DNA of 64,000 nt. It comes from Felis catus (lineage: Eukaryota). Within the stretch, counting starts at the first letter, position 1. Every line of letters starts with the position of its first letter. The position numbers and the translations under genes were made by a program. The notes beneath the pieces were generated by a model that did not search any database, was not told where the DNA came from, and worked only from the letters and a program-made list of their open reading frames with translations. The stretch lies in assembly GCF_018350175.1 (NCBI RefSeq), contig NC_058368.1:179740001-179804000 (forward strand), written 5' to 3'. Below are positions 24,446-35,394 of this stretch, piece after piece.

Positions 24446-25679
24446 GAAACATGTCACTTTTGAATAGTTTTTTTTTTAATTTTAATGGGTAGCTTTGATG
24501 TAACTGTTGGGGCTGCCCTCACCCTCCTTCTCTCTTTGCTGATAGCACAAGCAGGGAGAGGTACATGCTGTGTTAGAAAGCTTTCCAGATCCCATGGAAT
24601 GGCCCCTCTTGGGGGATTTGCAGATATCCCACCTTCATCCTGACCCACAATACCATGGGAATAGAAGTATTCCCAGGACCCAAGGACATCTTGGAGGTTA
24701 GGGGGCTACTTGGCCTCCAAATGCCCCAGCGATGAGTGGGATGCCTGATGTGGCCAGGTCAAAGGCCAAGCTAAAAAGAGAATTGCTTTGGTGGTCAGCG
24801 CCTCCAATTCGTTCCCAAGGGACACAGTCTTAGAACTTCTGAGGATACCAGGACATTGGCCCAACTTGACAAACACTTCAGAGGAACCACCCAAGTGGAA
24901 GGTAATGGATTTATGAGGACTCTGTCATGAACTTTGGGCCCTGCTCTGTGTGATGGTTTTCACATTATTCATTTTGGTTGAAGTAGAGAGAATTTGTTTT
25001 GCCATTTTTTTTATTCTAGCACCCTTTATGATACACTATAAACAGTATCAGTTGTGTAAATGATGCTGAATGTTTACCTAGTAGTCAAAGAGGAGATTTG
25101 ACTGTGTTTGAAGCTGGTTTGAGGGAGACATTAATTTTACTTCTTATGAACATGTAAAACTGTCTAAGGGATCCTCTTTGAGAATTTTAGGTAATATTGA
25201 TAATTCCAGCTTTGAACCTCTCCACTGGTACCATATACAACTTGTAACCATGTGAACTTTGCTCCTCCGGGCTTCCATTTCTTCAAGGACAATAGTAATA
25301 GTTTCCACGCCTTCTTCAAAGAAGATGTTTTGAGAATAAAATTAAATAGTGGGAGCAAAACGTCAAAACTCATAGTGTCAAGATGAGCAATTAGTCTGGG
25401 CTTGAGTTTCAAAACTACCAGGAAGAGCCTCTGAGGCTTTTATGTCACCATCTTTAAAATGAAGAGTTTGAACTGGGTCCCTTATAGCTATAACATTCTG
25501 TGAGTCTATATGAAAATGTCCAAAAGGATTCATCTATAGCAAACCCCTAGAATATAGACAGTACTCCTAGAACTGAGTTAGTATTGAAGGAAATCCAGCT
25601 TCACAAGACAGATTATATTCACAGAGGGAAGAGACTGCCCACCCTTATACCTGCATTCAGGTAGCAGTAATGCTCAGAA

Positions 25680-26010
25680 TACAGGTAGCATTGCATAAAA
25701 AGTACATTAGATTTGGTGGCAGAGGATCTAGGTTCAAGTCTTGACTATCACTTTCTAGCTCTGTAACTAGAAATAAGTCATTTTACTTCTCTGGCCTCAG
25801 TTTCTGTCTCTGTAAAAAAAAAAAAAGAAGAAGAAGAAGAAGAAGGAGGAGGAGGAGGAGGAGGAGGAGGAGGAGGAGGAGGAGGAAAGAAAAAAGAGTA
25901 AATTTGCTGGGTTTTTGTAAGTGGAAAATAAGGTCATGTGTCCAAAAATACTTGCATATTATAGGGCCTCACACATAGTGGGCATTCACTAATGTGATCA
26001 CCATTGCTAT
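25680..26010 (+). mobile_element. MIR interrupted by purine microsatellite
   Basis: ctaggttcaagtcttgac..aagtcattttacttctctggcctcagtttctgtctctgtaaaa [repeat] ..cacatagtgggcattcactaatg. Confidence 0.75.
25814..25898 (+). repeat. Compound A13-(GAA)6-(GGA)14 homopurine tract
   Basis: read directly; 85 nt with no pyrimidine. Confidence 0.95.
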
Positions 26011-27549
26011 TATTGGACTAAAACAAAGAAGACAAGTTTTCTATTTCAACCACCCAAAGAATCCAGAGGCAGTGGCCCAGAGCCAAGAAATATTCCAGCA
26101 GGCAATGATTGTGTTCCGTCCCCCTGCCTTCCCTTCCCACTTCAGTTAGGGTCCTACCAGGAAGTCACAGGTGAGTTATAAGAGTTAAGTTTGACCTTTA
26201 ATAATCCAAGAAAGTGCATCTGCTTATCTTTTTAAAGGAGAGTAACAGAATCCTTTTTTTTTTTTTCTTGACACCAACCAGAATGGAAAGGTGTTCCTTT
26301 GTAATGGGCTGGTTTTATGCCTTAAACCCTTTCCTTATGAAAATAATTTACCCTGCTAATTACATCACATTAACCAACTACTCCCGGTATAGATTAAGGG
26401 GCTGATTTTTAAATCATTCCATAAATTAAAAGCAGTCCTCCCAGATACATGATTTCATGGATAAATGCTGCATTTGTGTTGTCAGAATTTATGTTGAGAG
26501 GAAATGGAGGAAATGTATCCTTAAAGAAATATTTTGCAGTAGTTGTTAACACCTTCCACTCCTGCTCACTGCTTCTGGTACCGTAATATAAATGTGCAAG
26601 CTGTTAGCGTGAGATGAACATTCCGGAGCTTCAGGGGCCACCTGCCTGCGTGGCTGGCTTGTTATTTAAATTCCCTTTGCATTTCACAGATTTAAATACT
26701 GCCAGCGTCCTGATTTATGGTGTCCACATCACACACATAAAACTTTCACTTGGATCTCCCTCTTTCTCACACATGAGAGGAAGTCAATTGTGGCCACAGG
26801 TGGAATGGATTGTGGAACTAGTTGTCACCAGCAGGGTGTAAAGACCAGGCGAGACCATCCAGAAGCCAGCTGGAATGTGGCACCGTTTGGGAGCCTAGTT
26901 CTGATGAGTCTGTCTCTACTCCTTCCATCAGCCACAAGAGAATTGAAGGAACATGGAAGGACTGAAGGGGCAGAGACATACGCTAGAAAAAATTCTAAGG
27001 GGTATCATCTGCCCCTGGTACAAAAGAAATCCACAGCCCCTCCTTCCAGAGATGGAGCTCATGGGATGCTGGAGAGCAGTCCTCTAAAAGGAGATTAAAC
27101 TAAGTGACCTTGGAGAATACACAATTGACAGTTAAGGCCCCACATCTGGCACTATGCCAAGTTGTGGCCCTCCATGCTCAGCTGGCTCTGGGGCTTTATC
27201 GGCACTGAGGATTCCAAAGCCCCCTCCTCTGGGTATCTGCAGCAGCCAGTGTGCTAACCTGTCCAAGCATCAAGCTTGGGAGATAATCCAACACATGCTT
27301 TTTAAAAGCAAACAACAGTTTGTACAAGTAATATTTCCATTCTGAAATGTAAAGGAACATCTTAGCAAAGCCTTGATTTTAAAGAGGTTTATACACATGC
27401 ACGCACACAGACTCTTTATGAAGGTCTTGTTAATCTTCCTGGTCCTTCACATTCATAGCTGAAAGTCTTTCTCCCTCTGGCTATGTTGAGAACTTCTCTA
27501 TAAGGGTAAGGCAGGAAGGGCACATTAATGGTAAAATGAGTGCAACAGT

Positions 27550-27900
27550 AACACCTTATGGGGCCTGACTCTGTCAAGGGGACTCATAGGTGGCAAAAAT
27601 TCACAGACAGGGCCTCTGCTCTCATGGAATTTACAATATCTTTGGAAGAGACAGACTGTAAGAACCAAACACATGAGTAAATTAAATAATTTCAAAAAGT
27701 AAAAAATAATTAGAAAACACAGTCGGATGACAGAATTATGACTGGGGGCAAGGGCAAGAAGAAGGGGCTGGACTTGACAAGGGGTAGAAAGGAGATAAGT
27801 GTGGTGAGGACACAGTGAGTAGGAGAGGGGGAGTGAAGGCAGATAAAATCAGAGAGAGAGGAGAGGCCAAATGGTATAGGATCAAGGTGGGGACTGGAAG
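27550..27900 (-). mobile_element. L2 fragment
   Basis: acagacagggcctctgctctcatggaatttacaatatctttggaagagacagac..gtgagtaggagagggggagtgaaggcagataaaatcagagag. Confidence 0.65.
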
Positions 27901-28929
27901 ATGTGAGTGCTTGTCTATACCATGAAGGTAAGGAAAAAGGATGAGGCAGTTACCAAAGTGTTTCCCTAGATATCTTTATAGACTCAGTGAGTAGTAATAT
28001 GGTTCCTAAAGCTTTAGCGAGCGCTGAATGAATTGGCTGGGTTTATATTCCAGCAATAAGAATTAAGCCAAAAAGGATGACTGGCAAATGTCTGTCAAAT
28101 GAACTGTCTGGAATTTGTTCTGGGGTGATCTAGATTCTAACTATCCCCAAAGTAGAAGGATAGACTCAGCCTCCCTGGGCACCTTCCTGACCCCAGAGAG
28201 TGAAGGGTGGAAGTGGAGAAGGATTCTATCACCATGACACTGGTCTGCAGCTGGAGAGAAGGGAGGGTGTTTCTTGGAGCATAAATCATGATCCATAGAC
28301 GAATGATGTTCCAGCATCTTCCCAGGAAGGTCTGGCAGCGTCTCATTGATTCTTGCTTTCAAGTCTTCCTAGTCCACACACTCAGGGTTTCTTGTTCCAT
28401 TGTCAGTGACTGATGGAACAGAAATGAAGCCAGCCTTGGCCTTCCCAGCCTCTATCTGGGACTCCATTAGAGCTCTGTAGTAAGGTCAGGTGGAGACGGG
28501 ACAGGGAACCAAATGCTACGTAGGAGTGTCTCTCCATCTGACCTCACATGTGTGCTTAACAGGATATTCTCTGTAGCCAGGACTATAGGGTGGACAGTAG
28601 GGAGCCAAATGGTAGGTAAGTGGGCCTCTAAGTTATGGGTGAGGGGAGAATTACACAGAATGGTTGGAGACCTGAGGGCAAGCAGACTGGGGTTCAGTTC
28701 AACACATGTCGCCAGTCACCATCCAATTACATGTACAGCATATGGGCAGCATCAATTCAGAGCCTTTCTCTCCTTGGCCTCGTGGACCAAACTGCTGACA
28801 GAGTCCTGCAAAGATGCCACTGAAGCCACACACAGCATCCACCCCATCGGAGCAGTCTCATCCCTGGGTTGAACTGAAAATCCCTCTAAGTCATCCAGGA
28901 AGGAAACAACGGGAAAACAAGAGTTGTTT

Positions 28930-29150
28930 CTGCTTATTGAATATTTATTCTAGACACCATGCTCAGGAATTCTCTCATTGAATATTCACAGCATCCGAGT
29001 GAGGTAGATTCTGCTACTATCCCATTTGCAGATGAAGAAACTGGGGTGTAGAGAGGTTACAAATTTGTTCAAGGACATAGATTAGGAAGTGACTGTGCAA
29101 GACTTGAGCTCAGGTGTCTGTGACCCCACAGTCCATTTGGGTACCACTGC
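28930..29150 (-). mobile_element. MIR
   Basis: gtgaggtagattctgctactatcccatttgcagatgaagaaactgggg..gaggttacaaatttgttcaagg. Confidence 0.8.
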
Positions 29151-29569
29151 AATTCCCATCTAAGGGAGATAAGCAGTTCATCATAAGTAGGCAGGTGGAG
29201 GGTCCCAGTGGCACTTGGACAGCTGTCCAGATTTTTAGCCCAGGCCCCATGGGTCAGACCCAGCCAGGATCAGTGCCTCACACAGCCTGGTGAGCACTGC
29301 TTTCATTGTGTCTTTGGAGGCTCTTCTCTGCACGCAGTGGGGCTTCTGGTCAACCACAGACTGGAACCACACCAAGGAGCAGGGGACAGAGCTGCATCAT
29401 GTGGTGCAGAAGAGAGCAGGAGACACACAGAGTCCTGATCCAGGATGCTCAGGCTGCAGTTATACCCAAGGTGGTTGTGACATAAGGCCATACGCAAAAC
29501 TAGGGAAACTCACACACCTGCGGGCTGGGCAGGTCACCTAAGGGACAGAAGCCAGCCAAATGCTGCCAG

Positions 29570-29787
29570 CTCTCACCTCTTGGGCCCTGTGGTAATGCAT
29601 GACTGGTATAGTCAGGTCTCTGAATTGTGTTTTAAGTCAAGCTAGAAATTTGGATTTTTAAAGGTGAAATCTCCCATTTTTAAAATACTGGCAACTTATT
29701 TAAAAAATTGTTTTTAATGTGCTATGCATACTAAGCATGTCTGTGGGCTGAAAGAGGCCCAGGGACTGCCCATTTGAGACATCCACA
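29570..29787. mobile_element. hAT-Charlie fragment (MER102/Charlie4-like)
   Basis: aagctagaaatttggatttttaaaggtgaaatctcccatttttaaaatactggcaact..catgtctgtgggctg..ctgcccatttgagac. Confidence 0.65.
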
Positions 29788-30020
29788 GTGTAGTAGGGGA
29801 TCAGAGTGAACAGCTTTGGGACGGACTGCACTGGGTTCAAATCCCTACCCTTCTACTTCCTGGCAGTGCCACTTAAATAATATGACCTGGCATCTCCATC
29901 AAATGCCACCCTGCAAGCTTGCTGTAAGATTAAATGGATAATGAAATGCCTGGCTTTTGAAATGCCAGGTCCAGTGACTGTCAGGTAGTAAGTGCTTAAC
30001 AAATGTTGCTATTGTTATCC
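29788..30020 (+). mobile_element. MIR
   Basis: gactgcactgggttcaaatccc..gctgtaagattaaatggataatg..gtaagtgcttaacaaatgttgctatt. Confidence 0.75.
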
Positions 30021-32339
30021 CTGTTGTCAAGTAGGTATGAAGGGGAAGCTACCTGACTCTGCTCCTAGGAAGCAGGAGAGGGGCTTTTATTATATCATGT
30101 CCTTCAAAGAATCTCTGTGGTCCTCTAGAACTGGAGAAATGGCAGCTCTCTGTTTGCCAGGAGGATTCTGACAGTGAGTTCCCTACCAAGAAGGTAAAGG
30201 ATGCCGTGAGCTTGTGATCAGTGAGACAAAAGCAAGTGCTCTCGGGGCTTGTGCTTTAAAATGAACCCTCTTATTCAAAATTTCTCACAAGATTTCTCTT
30301 GTGGAAAACTCTCCAGCATCTGTGTTCCTCACTCTGCATTGCAGCATCCTCACAGTGTTTGGTCTGTGCCAAAAGGGACCTGAGATGGCGGCTCCTGGCA
30401 TGGAATATTCTGGAAGCTCTTCTTTCCCCGACCTTCTGGAGCAGCAGAGAGTCCTTTTCCCTGGGGAGATGCACTTTCCGAACCTGAGGTCATCCTACTC
30501 TCTCCTCTGGGTTCAGCCTACTGTCTGAATCTCATAAAAGGAGCGAGAGATAGAGGAGGGCTCCCTCACCAAGGTCAAGAGGTGTGGTGTGTCACCAGAG
30601 TAGGGAACAGACTCATACATTGTTGCAATCCAGAGAAAGCCAAGTTGCTCCATAGCCTGTCCCAGCATAGTGAAATCTTCAGACAGAATCACAGACCAGA
30701 ATCCCAAAAGAATGCCCAAGATCTCAATCTTAAAACACTTTCTCCAAAGTTACAGCACAGAATTGCATTCATGTCACACAACAGAATTTCTGTGAATTCT
30801 CTCCATATCTCACATGTCAGGCAGCTGCCGCCTACTCCCCAGTTCCCCCAAATGTTCTTCCAAATGTAGCCTGAGCTGTTCTGGCCTCCTTGACCTGCTT
30901 TTCTTACCTTTCAGATCTAATTTCTTCCTAACTCTGCCTTCCCACGTGACTCAGGCTCACCTGCCTGGCTTCTCCAGGTCTGTGCCCCTGGCCAGAACTC
31001 CAATAAAAGCAAGCAGGCAACAAAAAGGTCTGCACGTGAATGCTGCTGGGAAGGAAGGCTGTGAGTACATATGCACTCACATTTGGCCCCATCACATTAA
31101 TAGAGTGGATGTCACAGGCTCGGGAAGAAGCCATTTGAGAGACAGCTCTTTAGACAGGCAGAATGCTTGAGAAGCAGTGTGAGGAATAGACTTTTCATGT
31201 ACGAACAGGGAAGTCCCTACATCTGCAATAATACTCATCTCATTTGACACTGAAGGAAATTCCACTCTTTATACCTCATGGAATGGAGCTGATCTTTTGA
31301 TTTGCTACACAGAGAGGCAAGCAACCAGGTAACTTATGTTCTGTAGCCAATCTGATTGTGATCTCAAGCTCTCATCCTGCTGACAGGGGAGGGAGAAATC
31401 CCCAACCATTCCAATGAAAAGAGAAGCCATATCTTTTTGCTTAAATAGTTTCTTGTGGGCTTAAAGAGAAACTTAAGTTCTTCTAATGGCAGGGGTGGAC
31501 ACAAGATCCTTGGTTCCATGCACTGGCTCCATCCTAATCATCCAACATCCATTGCTGGAGTCCATGGTGATGAAACTTGTGGTCTCTTCTCTTCACACAG
31601 TGGGGAGTCTTGATGACCTGTCCCACCCACCGCGGAAGCTGGGACCCACCTACCTTCTGCGTCTTCTCTGTGGTTCAGACATGTTTTCCTTCCAGCCCCC
31701 TGGTGTATTCCTCCCTCTGCTTCTGCTAAGCAATCCTTTTACCCTTCACATGATAACCTCATAATAGGCCCACCAGTTCCCTCAGCCACCTTCCACCCCC
31801 CACCCCCCACAAGGAGCTCATGGGCACTCTTCACTTTTCCACTCTCAAAACTCTATTTCTGCCTAAGCCCAGCATATCATTTCCAGGCTTCACTAGCTGC
31901 CCATGCTGGTGCCAGGGCACTTGGCAAGGCAATCTCCTCCTGGAAAAGGGAAGACAGGGTAGGGCCCCACTGAACTTAGCCTCTCCCCAGTCTAGCTCAG
32001 GTAACTGTTGTTGACCTGTCCTCTGGGCCTCAGCTTGGTGAACTTTGCTGAGTACCCTCAAGACTTGGCCCCTTTGAAGTTCTCCCATCTTGTCCAAAAG
32101 AACGTTCTTTTCTTTTCCTGATTGAAGGAAGCTCACTACTATACCATATCCTCCTTCTCACCTTCCCTGGGTTATAGGTGATAGCTGTTGTTTTCTTCCC
32201 TGGAATATGAAACCTCAATGTGGCTTCTTGTTTACTAGAAAATGGGAAATAGATCAGAAAGTATTTTTAAAATATCAACACCATTTCACTTATAACATGC
32301 TTGCTTTTGTCGTAATGAAGACAGGTATGGTAGATAACA

Positions 32340-32460
32340 TTTTCCTATTTTCCACTTGAGAAAACTGAGGCTCCGAGAAGTAAAGAGACCTGCCAGGGTC
32401 ACACAGCTTGTTGTTGGCACAGCTGGGAAGAGCACGTGGATGTTTTGACTCTGGGTTGGC
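32340..32460 (-). mobile_element. MIR core
   Basis: gagaaaactgaggctccgagaagtaaagagacctgccagggtcacacagct. Confidence 0.75.
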
Positions 32461-33169
32461 TGTCCCTTCTGTGACACTGCACCACTTCCTCTGGTAGGGC
32501 ACCCTTCTTCTCCGTGAGGCTGTGAAGTCACCCACAGGGCACCATTAGCTCCACCAGTCTGCTCCCCTGTCCCTTAAAGTGATTATAAAGTGGAAACCAT
32601 AGAATCAGCAACCACAAGAACAGCAGGAATTCTGCCTCAAATAGGCACAAATCCTGGAAGCCAGCAGTTAATGCTGAAGTCACTGTGAGCTTCATTTAAT
32701 CTTTTTTTTTAAGAGATTGCCAGCTATCAATGTCTGGGAGGTGGCCAACGATCTGTTGTAAGCACTTAATAATTTGTAAGACAAACCCCTGTATTGATGG
32801 CAATGTGATGTCGAAATCACTCAACTTAACACACATTAAGAAGACAAATCAGTTATCCCTGGGTCTCTCGAAAGGTGGTTTGGGATGGCAGCACATGGAT
32901 ATGTAAGTATGTATAAGCATATATATCTAATGGATTTCAGAAGGAATAAAAACTGGCATAATAATTGAGGAATCTTTTGGATTCCGTTTCTTCTGGCTGG
33001 GAAACCAAGGATCCACAAGGCCCCTGAGTCAAGTCAGAGCTGTCTCCTTATGCCCTGGGTTTAGGAGGAAGTGAGGCTCCCTCTGCACACAATAAAGGTG
33101 CTGGAGCCTGCTCAGGCCCCGTTCTGCGCAGTACTCTTACACAAGAAGAAAAGGTGGGACATCTTTGTC

Positions 33170-33800
33170 TCCTCCAAGGTCCCTACAGCTCCACTGTCTC
33201 CTCCAAGCCCTCTACATCTCCTACCTAGAATTCTATGAAAGCTGCCTAATGAGCCTCCTTGACTCTACTCTGCCCTGTGCAATCCATTATCTGTGGAGAA
33301 GCCAGAACAGTCTTTTGAGAACCAAGGTCTGATCATGTCCTGCTCAAGCACACTTCCACTGGTAGCCCATTGTATCCAGAATAAAATCCCAGTTTTGTAC
33401 CATGGCCAATAAAGTTCTACATGTTTTGACCACTGCCTACTTCTCTGACTTCTTCTCATACTTATGCCCAGCACCCTCCCTAAGCTGAAGCTTCTTCTGG
33501 TCTTCTGGTCCTGACTTGAACAAGCCAGGATGTCCTTTGGGCCTTTGGTCAACCTCTGTTCAAATGACCAGCTTTTGATTTGGCACATTATTCGAGTCTG
33601 ATTTCCAGTATTATTTCCCTTTCAAGGCAAAACAAGTTACGCTGTTTTATTTCTTTTAGCACATATTTTTATCTGGAAATGTATTGGAGTCAGTTATTCA
33701 TCTGCCTACAGTGGAAGGTTCCAGAAAGCAGAGTTTTTCTGTCCAGTACCTGGAGTGCTATTTGGCTTATGGTTGGCATCCTTGGGAATCTTGATTGACT
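33170..33800 (+). mobile_element. L2 fragment
   Basis: catctcctacctagaattctatgaaagctgcctaatgagcctcc..tctgatcatgtcctgctcaag..agaataaaatcc. Confidence 0.75.
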
Positions 33801-33869
33801 GGACTGATTCCTTTCTCCCCCTACCTTTACCAGTTGAGAAACTACCATATTGAAGTTTACCAGAACTCC

Positions 33870-34345
33870 AGTCATTCATGTTTTGAAATTTATTTGCTCA
33901 ACAAACATTCACCAATTCCCTACTATTTTCCAATCTGTATGCCAGCCACTGGGGCCAAGGAGTAGTCTGTTACCTCAAAGAAATCAAGATCTGGAAAACT
34001 CCATGATATTTGTTCAGTATGATGACATATATAACAAAGATGTGCATCATGTTCTCAGAAAATGGACTCCTAGATGAGAGCTTTCAAAGAAGAGATTTCA
34101 GAAGGAGATAAACCTTGAGTTATACCTTGGAGGATGTGTGGGAGTTAGGCAAACAAGGGGTGGAAGCATTCTAAACAGAGAATAAGCAAATATAAGATGT
34201 CCCTCCATATGGCTAAAGTAAATGATGCTCATGAAGGAGAAGCAGGAACTAGGGAGGCAGATAGGGGCCAGATTAAGAAGGACCTTTATAACATTAAAGA
34301 GTTTGGACTTGATCTTGAAACTAGAAACTTTTAAGAAAATCACTT
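33870..34345 (-). mobile_element. L2 fragment, tail-to-tail with the preceding one
   Basis: cattcat..tttgctcaacaaacattcacc..gtatgccagccactgggg..aagagtttggacttgatcttgaa. Confidence 0.7.
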
Positions 34346-34845
34346 CAGCCCCAGCGGAAAGGATGTGTCTTTCAGAGGAAGAAAATATTAAATCTTGAGA
34401 GACTCTGTGGGCCTGGATTCAGGGAGTGTAACAGTTTCCTAAGGCTGCTGTAACAAATGACCACAAACTGGGAAGCTTAAAACAGAAATATATTCTCTCA
34501 CATTTTTGGAGGACAAAGGTCCAAAGTCAAGGTGTTGGTGGGTCATGTTCCCTCTGAAGTCTCTAGGAGAGGGTCCTTCCCTAGCTCTCCCAACTTCTGA
34601 TGGCCCTAGGTGTGCTTTGGCTTATGGCATCACCCCAATTGTGATTGGTGATGGCATCACCCCAATCTGTGTCTCTGTCCTTACATGGCTATCTTCCTTT
34701 GTGTGTCCTTATCTCTGTGTGGCATTTCCCTCCTCTTACACAAGAACACCAATCATGTTGGACTGAGGTCCACACTAATAACCTCATCTCGATTCTCTCT
34801 CAAAGACCCCATTTCAAAGCAAGAACACATTCTATAGAACTGGGG

Positions 34846-35394
34846 TGTCTTAATCCTTTCAGGCTGCTTTACCAAAATCCTACAAACTGGGAGGCTTATA
34901 AACAACAGAAATTTTTGTTTCCCTTCCCTTACTTACATTCATCTGTTTTGTCTCTTAAAGTCCTCATATAAAAAATAAAAAATAAAAACTAAAAATAAAT
35001 TTAAAAAAGAAAATATAAACTCATCAAATTATCCTAAATAAAATATGTTTAAGAGAATAAATCTAAAAACAAAAACAAAAAAACAACAGAAATTTATTTC
35101 TAACAGTTCCAAATGCTCAGAAATCCAAGATCAAAGCACTGGCATATTCAGTGTCTGGTGAGAACCCTCCTCCAGATTTCAGACTGCTGACTTTTCGTTG
35201 TATCCTCCATGGTGGAAAAAGGGCAAGGGAGTTCTGAGGGGCCTCTTTTATAAGAGCGCTAATCCCATTCATGTGGGTTCCACCCTCATGGCCTAAGCAC
35301 CTCCCAAAGGCCTCACTTCCTGATACCATCACATTGGGCATTAGGTTTCAACATATGATTTTTGTGGAAGAGCACAAACAGTTGATACATGGCA
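34846..35394. mobile_element. MLT1A-like LTR nested in the older MLT1
   Basis: tgtcttaatcctttcaggctgctttaccaaaa..cttataaacaacagaaattt..ctaatcccattcatgtggg..cctcccaaaggcctcacttcctgataccatcacattggg. Confidence 0.85.
34915..35080 (+). mobile_element. Short L1 insertion with inverted 5' segment and A-rich tail
   Basis: perfect 15-bp TSD aaacaacagaaattt (34900-34914, 35081-35095); 34915-34970 reverse complement tatatgaggactttaagagacaaaacagatgaa..agggaagggaaacaa resembles recalled feline L1 3'UTR. Confidence 0.85.
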
